This document shows, piece after piece, positions 1 through 13,891 of a DNA stretch of 64,000 bases; positions within the stretch are counted from its first letter, which is position 1; every line of letters begins with the position of its first letter. A program made the position numbers and the translations under genes. The notes under the pieces are model-generated. The model was not told the origin of the DNA, ran no database searches, and saw nothing but the letters and a program-made list of their open reading frames with translations. This stretch comes from Phoronis australis (Eukaryota > Animalia > Phoronida): assembly GCA_002633005.1 (NCBI GenBank), contig NMRA01000071.1:27842-91841 (forward strand), given 5' to 3'.

Positions 1-1844
1 TATTGGGAAGAGCTGGCTGGCAATGATTTGTAGACAATTTTGACTACTGTAGCGCCCCCTAGTGGCAGTTCTGGTTTTTGCATCCGCAGGATCTTCGTGT
101 ATTTCTGTAAACGTGACAACGACTTATGGACTTATCTGACTACCGCTGTGCGTCCAAGAGCAGTTTTACTTTTAACGATCTTGGCAAATGTGTTCCTATC
201 GAGGAGAGCTGTGCTGACTTGCTATCGGCTAAATCACAGTCAATGCCCATATTGGGTTGACTGTGTTACGGTCTAAAATAATTTTTTGGTTACTTACCAA
301 ATGCCAACTGAATCTCATATGCAAAGAGTTATTTAGTTGTGCAAATTAAAAAAGAATCATCAAAATCGGACAATGTTTGAGAAATTTATGCATGTTTTTG
401 TCTATGAATTTCATGCATTTTTAGCGTTAAGAGTAGGTATTTTAAAAATTACAATTTTCAATTGTCAACAGTAGAAAAGAAATTTATTTTATCAAGTAAG
501 CAATTGCTTAGATATGACTGAGAATAATTTGAGTCACTTTCAGAATCACTTAAATGAAGCTGTGCTTAATCATTGAGAAATGGCATGGTTCATCATAGAA
601 CAGGCACTCGTTACGAAATTTTTAAATTCTGTGTTTCTAACCCTCACCTACTACAAAGAAGGATAAAAACTAAAGTTCACGCTCTGTAATAGAAAGAACT
701 GTAGAATATGTAAGCCTAAGCAATACAGCAAATTATTCAATATCTCAACAAACCAAAAGTTTGGATATTGACTGGGCTTTGATATGTCGAAAATGGGCCA
801 AAAAGGATAACAAAATGTAATGTACTTTCCCCCATTTGGAGTTCAGTAACACAGATGGTTATTGCAATTGAAATTATTGCCTTTTAAATAACAACATGAG
901 ACTTATTATCATCAAATAAAAATTGCAATTCAACATTATGTGACCATGTGATTCAGAAACAGTGATGTAGTGTACGTACCCCCCTTTGTAGTGTATGTAC
1001 CCTCCTGTTTACAAATGCCATGAAATTAAAATATCACTTGGTAACTGAGCAACACTGGTTATAGACAGTTTCCTTCCTTAAAAATGTTAAGTTAAAAGAG
1101 TGTTTATTGCAGTGGCAGGTTCTTTATCTCTCAAGACAACTCGCAATAAACCAACAATTAGAGGCAGCGCAAAACTCGAGACCATCCCATACATTTGTAA
1201 CTGAGTCAAATTTGACGTTGATTAACTGTTTACGTATCCCCCAACCAGTGCCATTTTGTACTGTTTACAAGTGGAACACTGGGCCTAGCATTACTTTAAC
1301 TATTTTCACCAACTGGTGAATGTATTAAAAATAGGGAAATAGCACCAATAAAGTTTTTAAAAAGTAGTTACGTGTACTTGTCATTTTCTTTTTGTAAGAA
1401 TCACGTTGCAAGAGCTGGAAGTTCTCATTAAACTGTGTTAAGATATACAATGTATCATCATCTAGAACATCTTGATCAGCACGGTAATGACTTTCTTACT
1501 TTAGTATGTGATACTTCTTCAATTTGATCAAGAACTTATTAAATTAACAGCTACCTTATGAATTTTTGCATGGTAGAAGTGGGTTGTGACCACAAGTTGT
1601 AGTGTACGTACCCTTTTATACAACTGTGATGCATTAGGCCATAAAATTTTATTCGGTGGTTCTTGTGCAAAAATATTTTAGATTACAAACCTGGAATGAT
1701 GGTAATTTAAAAGAACTAGCTTACTAGAAATTCTCCCTTTAGTGGACTCTTTGAAATAGTAATCATCTCTTGTATTTGAGATATGTGCGATTCACAAGGT
1801 GGACGCATAATAAAGCTCCCCGTATCTCACTTGAGCAAAATTTT

Positions 1845-2365
1845 TATATGCGCTAAATGCGAAGCGATACCGAAGCTAGTTCACAGTGAAACAAGACGTG
1901 TAGGTGAGATAAAAGGTCATATATATTATGGCAAACTAAACTACTACAGATATTGATAAATACAAAAGTTATATAATATGTTGAGCTGTAAAAGTGAGTG
2001 ACAATCTGTCGGACAAACAGCAGTATGGGAGGTCCAATGAAGCAATGAAGGTATACACACGTGTTGAACTAGAAAGAGATGTACAATAAGCGGAAGCAAC
2101 ACCGGGACACCGACATGGGAAAATTTAAAGTAAACAGGGAAGGAAAAAATTGGTTTGAGGGAGGGAGAGAAAAGAAATTGACTGAAAACTCAAAACTTGA
2201 GGAGAATTATGGACAATGGCCCAGTGTTGCGACAAGACAGAGATCACGTGGTACAATTAAACCAATAACCGTGGAACAAAGAAGGTCACTGACCCGATTA
2301 TCCAAACAATATGATAATGAGGAGGAAGCAGTCTAGCTTACATAGAATAATTTAATACTTTCAAG
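1845..2365 (+). repeat. ~520-bp interspersed repeat; partial tandem second copy at ~2386-2545 and an inverted copy at ~11425-11947
   Basis: tatatgcgctaaatgcgaagcgataccgaagctagttcacagtgaaacaagacgtgtaggtgagataaaaggtcat recurs at 2388 and as the reverse complement at ~11870-11947; homology continues inward to ~11425. Confidence 0.8.
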
Positions 2366-4030
2366 TATTTAAAAATAATATCCACATGCGCTAATTGTGA
2401 AGCGACACCGAAGCTAGTTTACAATGAAACAACACGAGTAGGTGAGATAAAAGGTCATATACATTGTGAAAAACTTAAGTACTGCAAATATCGATAAAGT
2501 TATATAATATGTTGAGCTCTAAAGGCTGGTGACAATCTGCCACAGATGCAGCAGAAGGATGCATCCGCCCTATACACATAAAGCAATAGCTGTTGTGTTT
2601 TTTTTAGATTATGAAGACGAGTAACGTTACGACAAACAGTGTCCAGTAGAGAGACAACAAAGATCAAGGGAATTCAGGAACTGTAATTAATAAAGACTTT
2701 CTCTTTAAAAATAATCATTTAAAAATTGTTCGACACAATTTTTCAAAAAAGATGCCTTTCATCAGTAGATTTTTGTCCCGAATCTTCCTAAGCAGGCAGA
2801 CAACCGCTAACTTTATTCTGATTTAGCTCCTTTAACATTTTGTTTCAGAAAACGAAAAAGTGACACTTTTTATGGAAATTCAATTGTGACAGGTCATTGC
2901 ATTAAAATGTGTGGCTATTGAAAGTTAAAGTTACAATTCTGGTAAAAATTTGTCTGAAGATGGCTGCGCAGTCACCAGTACATCTGCTGCATCGCCATGA
3001 ACAGAAGAACGTGAAATTCTAGTGACGGTTAAGAATAGGCGTCTCCACCACAAGGCTCTAGAATAAATTTAATACATGAGATCATATGTGACGTTTAGCA
3101 CAGAGAATTTGTTAGTATTTATTTCTAAGTAACGAGTAGAAAACATACATTCTTCATTAGACACTGGTTTTCTGAAAATAATTTAGCTAGAGGAAACACC
3201 ATAGAGTCTACTCCGAAATTTTCAACATATTCTTGATAACTGCAGGCAGGTGACACTCATATTCATAGTGCAAAAATTTAATGAAACACTGATATTTGGA
3301 ACGGTCCGTCTTTTAAATTAAAATTTAGCGGAATAGATAACTTTTAGCAAGTTTATAAAATCCAATTTAAAAGTTGCGATTGGTTATTTTATTTTTCCCT
3401 AATAAAACTACAGTTTTTGTGATAACTGAATTTAGTTAAAACCTCTGTTACTATTTGCAAAGAGGAGCATAGCAGCACAATGCTCAGAACGTTGCCTCAT
3501 CAGTCGTAGCACGCTTATTTTGGATTTCAAATTTTGAATAACGATTAATACGCTTTATATATTGAAACACCTACATCTAGTTCGTTGCAATGGGGGAATT
3601 GGGGTTGATTGTAATTTGTAACAAACTCTAAAACAAAACATGCATTATATTTATTGAATTGCCTTATGCCGGTATCCTCTCCATCAATCACATTGAATTA
3701 TCAAACTTATATATGACGGTAGTATATACGTGTACTTCACTTGTCTTGGATCATCCGTGGACAAAATATGAGATCTGTAGAAGCTTTCTTCTTTGGTTTG
3801 ATAGTGATGGCGTTGTGCTGTTGGTCTTACGCCAACGATGGTCAGTAACAACACCAGGTCTGGGTTCCCTGGGAGCAGGAATCATGCAAAAGAACCTAGT
3901 GTGGTCATTCGCTTTTATTATAATGCATGTCGATATCTCACAAGACTTGCGTGGTCTCTTGTTTTCACGCGTACCGTGTACCTCACGTCTACGGAACGCA
4001 TGATTCATTAGCGTGTGAGGACGTGAGCAG

Positions 4031-4227
4031 AAAAGTTTGTTATTCAATAGATTAGATGTCCAGCTAAATAAAAGTTTGTTATTCAATAGATTAGATGTCC
4101 AGCTAAATAAAAGTTTGTTATTCAATAGATTAGATGTCCAGCTAAATAAAAGTTTGTTATTCAATAGATTAGATGTCCAGCTAAATAAAAGTTTGTTATT
4201 CAATAGATTTGATGTCCAGCTAAATCA
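4031..4227. repeat. 39-bp minisatellite, ~5 near-identical copies
   Basis: unit aaaagtttgttattcaatagattagatgtccagctaaat; explains the repetitive ORFs 3751-4203 and 4037-4294. Confidence 0.95.
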
Positions 4228-4670
4228 ATTTTGTATCTTTTGCTGCCAATTTTTACAAAATTCAGTCGAAGGCATTAGCATATTTTTAATGTGACTAATT
4301 AATTTGCCAAAGAATGTAAAAGCCAGTAGACCCTACAGGAAGTCCTGCAAAACCCATAATAAAGCATGGACTTATCAGCCGTGCACCACTGTTTGATGCC
4401 CAACCTAGGTCTGCGCTTTGGTTGAGTTTGCCAGCCAATTCCCTCAACAACTGATGGATCGATTTTCAAAGTGTTGATGACTGATCAGGTATACAGAGCG
4501 CCTATTACATTACCTAACAGTGTTACCTGGTTATGCGGAGGGTTTATATGTCTATTAGCGTGTGACAGCACCAGGTTCGGGTGAGTTTGCCCATAAATAA
4601 CTGTAATTCTTATCAACTAAATAAGTTGTTACTGTCGGAACTCAAACATTATATTTTGTTTCTGTTTAAG

Positions 4671-4964
4671 AACGACGGTGGGTTGTTGGTTTTCAAAAGG
4701 TTGATGGTGTTTGTAAACCTGTGGGTGGCCTCGCTCAGCCAGGACGTCTTCCGTTCCGCTTCTCGTCGATGGACGACTGCCTGGAGAACAAGGTAGCGCA
4801 AACATTTGACAAGGCCGCCAAGCGTTGGGAAGGTTTCGTGCTTGACGACGGACAGTGTCTTAAGGTCTGGGCTCGGTCACTGCTCAATCCGTTCAATCTC
4901 GTCAAGTTGCCTGACTGCGAAAAGGAACGTATATCTATGAAAACTGCCCTGGCTACCTTGGAGG
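4671..4964 (+). CDS. Internal coding exon (phase 1-1, 98 codons) with two tandem degenerate Kunitz-like repeats
   Basis: acceptor tttgtttctgtttaag, donor G|gtatgt, open throughout: RRWVVGFQKVDGVCKPVGG...PFRFSSMDDCLE...KRWEGFVLDDGQCLKVWA...PFNLVKLPDCEK; higher GC than flanks; Kunitz resemblance is by eye only. Confidence 0.6.
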
Positions 4965-5509
4965 GTATGTATATGTTCACACTTCATGGCCTATATTGTT
5001 GAGTACACACTAAAATGTAGATGATTTGACATTCATTCTTTTCTGCCGCCTGAGTCGTTGTAATTTGAATAGCTATAAAATTGATTAAGTAGAAATTTCT
5101 GAGAGCACCTATTGGTGGTTCTACATCGGCCTTCACAGATTTTTCTGAATTTTTATGAGGACTTGGACTACCCTTAGATCTGTACTGTCACCTTTGATTT
5201 TTCTGACACAAACCTTGTTTTCGTTTTTATGCTGATCGTGCAAAAATGGCTTTTTCGACACTTAATTCAGTGAAAAAGCTGTCAACTTTGCAAGACTACC
5301 GAGGCATCTTAAAAGTTAGGAATAATTATGATTTTTCTCTGTGAATGTATTGGACCTTAAGATCCAGGAACACTTTTGATATTTAAGATAGATACTTTAG
5401 TATTAAAGAACTGGCTTTTCAAAAATTGAGAATTTTTGCGAATTTTAAATGGGCAGATTTTGGCCATTTTAAACGAAAGAGCAAGCAAGGGATATAGCAT
5501 ATGTGAATA

Positions 5510-5705
5510 GGCAACCAGTGTGATTTGGTACTTGGGCGAGTTTAGTACATATATAAAGTCAACCAGTATGATTTGGTAGTATTGGGCTAGTTTAGTGTCT
5601 TCATAAAGTCACCCAGTGTGAGTTGGTAGTATTGGGCGAGTTTAGTACCTCATAAAGTCAACCAGTGTGAGTTGGTAGTACTGGGCTAATTTAGTACCCA
5701 CATAA
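5510..5705. repeat. ~49-50-bp degenerate minisatellite, ~4 copies
   Basis: aaagtcaaccagtgtgagttggtagtattgggcgagtttagta repeated. Confidence 0.85.
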
Positions 5706-7383
5706 ATTCAAACGTTTGCTCTTTTGCCCACTTACTTGCTAACATGTAATTTTACTGAGTATAGCTTGCACTCTGATACAGTGATCACACAGCAGTTTTG
5801 TAACAAGATGAATTGCAAACATCACGTTTTGTTTTGTTAAGTGGATATGAAGATATTTTTTTTTAATTTAGAGAGTTTTGGGACCACTGGAAGCCCAACA
5901 AGGGGGATTGGTTATGCGAACCGTTCCCCTCCCCTTCTGTTAACTTTTCTATGTAGTCTAGAGACAACATTCACTTCACATTGGTAGTGATGGTGCAGTA
6001 GCGCGAAGGGTATGAGACAAAAGTGAAAGTGGTGGTGATTGTGTAGGTTCCGGGGGGGGCGACTTTGGTCCCTCAACGAAATACAATACAAAACGTGATT
6101 ATGCTCAAACAGCGAGGTCTGTGTATCTTTTTGGTGTTTATCAAGTGCACTGCTTTTTATGACAATACTATTTTATGCTTTCATATTCACCATTTATTTA
6201 TACGAGAGCGAGTGAAGACTACAGCTGTGCCTGTTGCCACATAGTGTAGCAATCTATGCTGTAGCTGATTCATAAGCCTAGCTACGCCTTCGGCGTCTAC
6301 ATGTGATGTATTACTGTAATGACATTGCATGTTATATGGAGGCAACACCACGACCGTGGGTCATTTTTCCGCGGAACAATGGAGTTGTTAGTAAATATCC
6401 ATTGAGAAAAATATCTTTCAAAACTAGCTACTAAATATGACAGCACAACTAACACCTTAAAAAGGAAGTGAGTCAAGCAATGTTTGTAAGGAACAGAGCG
6501 CCACCTTGTGCCTCAGAACCCACCTTACTGGCACAACAATGTTTTTACTCTCTCACCATAATAACTGTGTTTTGTGTTACACTTCCTCAAATTTGACCTC
6601 TCAGTCCTTCTTTCATGTCAGGGAATGGACAAGAAAAGCAATGCTTAACTGGTGTTGGCTGACAGTGTTGTTGGCCACGGTGTGATGAGCAAGCTGTTCA
6701 AACATGGTCTGCTTGAGACTGCTTCTAAGAGGAGTACACAGCCAGTTCATTTGTGAAAAGACACTTCCCTGCATGTTTCTATGCTCCACCGCATGGCTTT
6801 TCGTAATTCTTCTCTTGTAGAAGTTCTTTGTGTTCTATTCTAAGCGGCGGACGAAGAAAAGTTGTGTTTATTACTTGGCGAGATTCTTTCGCCAAGTATG
6901 TTTTGTTATCACTCTACAGGTCGCAGTTTTCGTCCGATTCTCACAAAACTCACACACAACCTCTCGCTTTAAAATACCTCAAAGGCTATAGTTTTTTGTC
7001 GTGATAGGATTCATAATGGTGGACGTGGCTGCCGTTTTGTTTTCAAGTTCATTACACAAATTCTCATGGGTGCCGCAATTTTTTGAGGCACACGGCTGAA
7101 AATCTGTAAGATTGGTGATACTCAGAAGTTTTTCCTCAGTTTGGCCTCCCCCGGCACGATGAACTGAGGGAAAGTAGTTTATTTCTTTTCTACATTCAAA
7201 GTGCGTTTCTTTCCAATTATGCCTACAGCAAACCTAGCTGGCGATGCCGAAAAGGAGCCAAAAATACACAAAAGTGGCAGTTTACAACCCAAAACCACCA
7301 CTCGCATGCAACTACTGGGCACCAGCAAACAACACACTCAGAATGCAAAACCGCTTCCGATTTCAAAGATTGAGAAGAAAATC

Positions 7384-7986
7384 GGATTCGTCTAAAACCC
7401 CCTCGACCCTTACACCACACGACCCCCTCGACCCCCTCGGTCCACGACTCCCTCGACCCTGTCTACACAAGCTATACTGGATATGGAAATAGAACAAGCA
7501 CTGACTTGCAAGACCAATGAGTTAGGCCGTGAGGTTGGCAGGCTCTTTCCTTTTTTTTGCAATTAAGAAGTCAAGTTTGAAAGCCAAAATTAGTAAAAAA
7601 AAAACCAACGCGACCAAATCAAATGAAAGACCTACCAACGTTACAAATGTCGTTCCGGGCAGAGTGTAATCGTCGTCTCGTCTGCTCTTCAGTGAATGGC
7701 AGATTCAAAGTTATTTTGCGGAGAGTGCGAGGAACCGACAAAACTGTTATATCATCAGTATTTAAAGGTTGTTAACTAAAAAGTATTTCAACGTCATATC
7801 GAGTATATTGTAAACGAGTATGCAACAGAAAGCAAATAATAAAACTGATGTGTACTTAGTCACACAATAACAGGATGTTTGTAGGTTGTTATTGTTTATG
7901 AGTTCAGTAGTTTAATTGGTATTATGTCATACGATTCCTGTATACGAAGTGTTTCATAGGTAATCCATCATCTGTTGTTATGTAGT

Positions 7987-8069
<83 letters not shown>

Positions 8070-8472
8070 GTGTGTTCAGTGTTCAGTTCAATTCTGTTCG
8101 TTTCACTGTGTAGTTCCTGGAGTGTCTACTTTATTTGACAAAGTAAGATACACAACAAACATTGTGAACTTATGTACATTCACGTTCACGTAATCTCTCC
8201 CTAATTTTGTCAGAACAGGGCCATTGGTAGCCGCTCGTGGAACTATTTCCGTGACAACGATAGCGCGCTCACAATGCACTATTTCAGGTCACGTTCAATC
8301 TCCAGACTTGAGCCATTAGTCACTCAGCTACGTAATAACAATATGAAATATGTAAAAAGCGCAGAAATGCCTCTATTGCAACAGTTCGTGGGCCGAGGGG
8401 GTCGCGAGTCGAGGGCGAAGTGGGTTGAGGGGGTCGAGGGGTGTGGGGGTCGAGGGGGTTTTAGAACAATCC
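7384..8472. mobile_element. Non-autonomous TIR element, MULE/MuDR-like, with internal (TG)n(TA)n microsatellite
   Basis: TIRs ggattcgtctaaaaccccctcgacc / ggtcgagggggttttagaacaatcc; 9-bp flanking duplication aagaaaatc / aagaaaatg. Confidence 0.8.
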
Positions 8473-11424
8473 AAGAAAATGGGTATCGACCAGCTCGCGA
8501 CCAGCCCGTTTTTTCGCTAACCTGAAAAGTCTAAGGGTTACCTGAATTTCCGGCCAAAATTTGCGTTGCCTACAAGAAGTGACAGAGTGGTTACGAACAG
8601 CCACGGTTGCCAGAAAAAAGGTCAAGGGGGCAACAACAAGCATTTTTTTACAAAACAGGTTCAAGACATACAATTGCCACTCGTAGCCTCCACACTCACA
8701 CTACATGCCAATCCAGCAGGTGCCAATTTCTTATGAATTTGAGTGGGAGTCCACTCGACTGTAGCTCGAAAATGCTATCGGGTGCCACCATAGGCGACAT
8801 GTACTACACATGTGCTGTAAATCATTAAAGTTCGGTAAAAGATGACAGAAATATCGGCCATTGCGTTTCTGCATCTCGATTTTAGGACGGAAACATTTTG
8901 TACTGTAGAGGGCGCATTGTAGAACCAATTGCTTCGAAACTTTTCATGTTTAAATTTTCTCTGAATAGATATTATCAAGTGCTGCTTAACTGGAAATTGT
9001 TTTCAAAATGGCAGATCTGACGAATTTTCGTCACTTTTCAATGGTTCCGAACATAGACATCACATAGACCGGGCTCCCGCCACTCAGATGCATGCAGCTC
9101 GCGTTATCAATGTGACGCCATATTGGAGAGTGCTACAAAGGTCAAAAATGGCGAAAAACACTGGGAGCCATACGGCTTCAGTCAAAAAATGCGGGGGCTC
9201 GCAGTGTTATGCCTGCAGCCAAAGACAATAAGTTTTTTGTGCTGTCATTGAGTCATGGGTTTTTTGGTTCGACAATGGTTTTTAATGATGCTGCCATTAG
9301 GTTTTTATGTTCAGCCACCATAGTTTAAGCGGAGCGACTATATGCGTTGTTTCCACATCAGTCTTGGTGATTGAGACCTTATAAGATCAATTAAAAAGAT
9401 AATTATTGACCACCATAGGCTGTTATCCAATGATGGTGCGGTTCACTAAATATATTTAAGTAAATATTTGGTATTAATTACAATCATATGTATTCTTCTG
9501 TTTCTGTTACTGTTTCTGTTTCTGTTTCTGTGGTGACGTCAGAGGGTAGGCACCGGGATAGTCTCTGGCCCTCCTCCTTCCAGTATCGCATGCAATGTAA
9601 ATTTGGAGATGCAACCAAGTTCGTGCTGGTTACACACTCTTCGATCTTTTCCCCTGATACGAGTTTTTGCTGCATCTCCGTATTGCCATTCTCGCTCTAT
9701 GAAGCGCTTTGTTGCCCATCTCTCCTGCTGTTGTACAATCTCGGCATCTGTAAACGATTCACGCACTCTGGAGATTATATCTGCAGGTGTGAGGAGCAGG
9801 TCGGCAATCGGTTATGCGATGCCTGCAAGCTTATCCGCCTTGACGTTGTATTTTTACTTGTACTGAAAAATAACATCCCCGAACTTACTCGCCAGCCATC
9901 AAAGTCAGTACATCTAAGTGAATAGTGTATTCCCTATAGAAATATATACTAATTTAAAAACTCATTTCATAACATGTATTCCAAAATCAAATGTTTTCTG
10001 TTGTATCAAAACAAACAAATCCCTGCAAAATCTGAATTTATGTCGAAGTTGATATTGGAAATTTTGTAGATTTGCACTGCTTGCTTACGAGCTCTCTGTT
10101 TTGTGACGAAACTTGCGCAAGAAAGTAAAGTGCGTAGTAACCAAAATATCAAACCTATACCACTGAATTGCGCATCCAACCTTTATCCAAAATACAGAAT
10201 TTCCAACTCCAAACCGAATGGAAATATACGCAACCGAGCCGATGTAGCATTAGTTATGACCCCGTGAAAAATGAACCGGTTAATTTTTTTCACAGGATCT
10301 AAATTTAATGTGAAGAATTTTCAGCCCATGAAAAAATGACCCCACGTCCGTGAAAACCTGTCCCGTCATTATTCAGCGGTTACCCGCTACAGGGTGTTGG
10401 GATTAGCAGACAGCGTGCGTGAGAGCAGAATTTATTTTAAATTTCTCGATGGAGGGTCGCGCAGTTCGTATATCAGATTAAGGGCAGGGGTGGTTAGGAA
10501 CTGAAATAATGGGTGGGGGCGGGGCTGATCTCTTTGTGAGCACACAATTACACGGTGTGGGGATACAACAAAACGCCAATAAGCGCCTGGTGCTTTATCG
10601 GGAGCACTTCAGATCCATGAGGGAGGAATACGGTGCGTGAGACAATAACATTTGTACGTTGGCAATTCCGAGCGCAGCACAAGAAAGGAACTGAGTCTGT
10701 GTTCTTTGATTTTTACATTACGGCGTCATCCCGTTGAGTCTGACTTGTTGAATTGTATGTCACAAGTTGGGCGAATGACCGCTGTAGCCAATATCTTACA
10801 CTGCCGACTATTCTGGCAGTTGGAGTCGCTAATTGCTCTAATCTCCGATAAGATCGTATCTTATATCTTCACTGGGCTGTGCTGTTAAAAACAAACTAAG
10901 TTACAAAATGTTTGAACATAAACGAATGACATTTCTGAATTGCCCATCAAATACTGATCAAGCTTATAGTTTTTGAATCACCATAATCGCCCAACTACAA
11001 TCAAACTTAAGACAATCTATTCTGTCCGAACATAGTATCAACGTACTGGATTTGACTGTGTTCACATGTGATCGGTTATAAGACTGGTAGATAATTTATC
11101 GGCATGTTGTCCTACCAGGCAAAAGTCTATGCTCGGCAGTTAACAAAGGCGCTAGATGTTATCACACCCCGCTCACGACCCCTGTACTGAATGGGACAAC
11201 GCCCTAATGAACTTTAAAAACCTGTCAATTATTTGTATGACCCCAATGAGGTAATTTTAAACAGTAGTTCACATAAAATTTAAACCCCATCATAAGCGAA
11301 CCGGGTCATATTTTAATGTTACAAAGTTACCCGGGTGCATTGTTCAACACTCAGTGAAAAGGCTTATTGGGGCACCACGAAAGCACGTCTCGAGTGAGCG
11401 GCATGTCTCCTAGAAATATATCAT

Positions 11425-11947
11425 TTAAGTATTAAATTATTTTATGTAAGCTATACTGCTTCGTCCTCATTATCGTATTGTTTGGATTCTCGGGTAAGTG
11501 ACCCTCTTTGTTAAACGATTATTGGTTTGATTGTACCACGTGATCTGTTTGTCTTATCGCAACACTGGGCCATCGTCCATAATTCTCTCCAAATTTCAGT
11601 TTTCAGTGAATTTCTCTTTCCCTCCCTCCCTCAAACCAATTTTCCTTACTTCCCTGTTTACACTTAATTTTCCCACGTCGCTCTCCTGGTGTCGCTGTCC
11701 TCGTGTTGACGTTTTGCTTCCGCATATTGCTTTTTATAACTTTCTAATTCAACACTTGTGTATACCTTCATTGCTGCTTCGCAGATTGTAACCCATCTTT
11801 TCAGCTCAACATATTATATAACTTTTGTAATTACCGATATCTGTAGTAGTTTACTTTGTCATAATATATATGACCTTTTATCTCACCTACACGTGTTGTT
11901 TCACTGTAAACTAGCTTCGGTATTGCTTCGCAGTTAGCGCATATAAA
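11425..11947 (-). repeat. Inverted copy of the 1845-2365 repeat
   Basis: reverse-complement similarity over ~520 bp. Confidence 0.8.
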
Positions 11948-13891
11948 ATGTATTTGCATCGAACGACACGGATTTAAGGATAAATTTGCGCGGTCTTAGT
12001 GGTTTCTCTTGAAAAAAAAAACGAAAAAATAAAACACTAGCAGTGGATTAATAGGCGTGCAGCCGCTCAGGCAACTCGAGAATCTGCCACTGGCCGTGTC
12101 ACGTGACTAGTAGTAGAGAGTAGTGCGCATGCGCAAAGCTGAAAGGTCGACCATCGGAATTCTGTGTTATTGTCATCTCTATCTCATTGCACAAGTGCTT
12201 TATAAGACAGTTTTTTATTCAACTCTGTTGTTTATTCTCGTGTGATACGCTCTGTGCTGTAAAACGTGTGAAATGCCACAGAAGAAATCTGCAGTCTCGG
12301 TGTCAGATGACGAGGTGTCTTTGGACAAAGTTATGGCGGCCATTACAAAACTCACGAGCAAACTAGATGAAAACCACCGCAAGTTGGGTCAAGCTATTGA
12401 AGACTCGAAAATACTCCTGCTGGGTCACCTCAATAGACCGGGATCCCAGAGCTTTTTTGGGCATGAAAAGGTAACCAATTTTCTTTGGTGCCACAGTGCT
12501 CTATGGGTATCCTGATGCTTGGAAATGGCCGTCTGGCAGGTTCGCTCTGGTGGATGTGGTCAGGGGAGCCAAGAGAATTACACTAAAAAATTGAGCTAGA
12601 TCAACTTTTCTGGTAACCACTTAAAACTGCCTTCAATACCTGCTACGTCATCCATTGTATCAAAATTGGTCACTGCCAGACAATTTCAGTGGTGGGGAGT
12701 ACCCGCCAGACGAACATATACAGGGTACAAAAATTGAGCTAGATCAATCCAAGAGGTAACCGCTTGAAACCAGTCGCAAAATATTCACCGTAAGCCCAGG
12801 TATCACGAATGAACACTGCCAGACAAATCTAGTGGTGGGTTACCCCCGCCAGACACGCCCAAATACCAGAATTGAGCTAGATCAACCCATCAGGTAACCG
12901 TTTGAAACCAATTGCACGATGTTCAGCATCACTGAACATGGAACAACAGTTAGATGCCAGACAATTTCAGTGGTGGGGTGGCCCTGCCAGACGATTATCA
13001 AAAAGGGTTAAAAATTGAGCTAGATCAATCCAAGAGGTAACCGCCTAAAACTAGTTCCAAAATATTCACCGTAAGCCCAGGTATCACGAATAAACACTGC
13101 CAGACAAATCTAGTGGTGGGTTAGCCCCGCCAGACATGCCCAAATACATGAATTGAGGTAGATCAACCCTGAGGTAACCACATAAAACCAGTTGCAAAAT
13201 ATTCGCCGTAAGCCCAGGTTTGAAGAATAGATACTACCAGACAAATATAGTGGTGGGTTATCCTCGCCAGACACGCCCAAGTACCTGAGTTGAGCTAGAT
13301 CAACCCGGCAGGTAACAGCTTGAAACCATTTGCATAATGTCGAGCAACATTCTGCATGCAAAAAAAGATACTTTACAGACATTTTTAGCGGTGGGGCAGG
13401 AGAGTGCAGAGGTTTGGTCGATGTAGGGGCGACTTTTTTTAGACGCCCCTATCTCTCTACTCAAATGCATATATCCTATTCAGGCCCGTAGGCAGCATTG
13501 GGCGGGGGTGGTTCGAATTTCAAGAACGGTGGATCTTGGTATTTTGCAAACGTCGACACTGTAGAGTTTTCGGTGATGCCTTTGACGCAGCTTAATTAGG
13601 GGGAAGGGAAATCTGTATACATGATGACGACTCATGTTCATGAGATGAGACGGAATTTGTAATACCAGATACGAGGATGCTGTGACGGTTGCTCGAAACG
13701 AACGGGACACTAATTAGGATGTAATGTGGTCCAAAAAGAGAACATTCTCGCGTTATTTCCTGCCGAAGTTTCAGATCGGCCATGCTTAAATGAGTGATTA
13801 CACCTCATTGCATACTCAGACGGAAATGTGAAGTCTAGGATATCTGGTTTTATTTTAGCGTGTTACTTAAGTTGCTTACATCGCTGGAAAT

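Noticed and set aside
4031-4227. CRISPR-like regular repeats (also 44411-44754 and 50442-50633)
   Set aside because: Head-to-tail units with no unique spacers, no cas genes, eukaryotic context: minisatellites.
3659-4580. Signal-peptide first exon for the plus-strand gene (MQKNLVWSFAFII.., or the donor at 4580/4581)
   Set aside because: Could not find an ATG-initiated hydrophobic frame ending in a phase-1 donor compatible with exon 4671.
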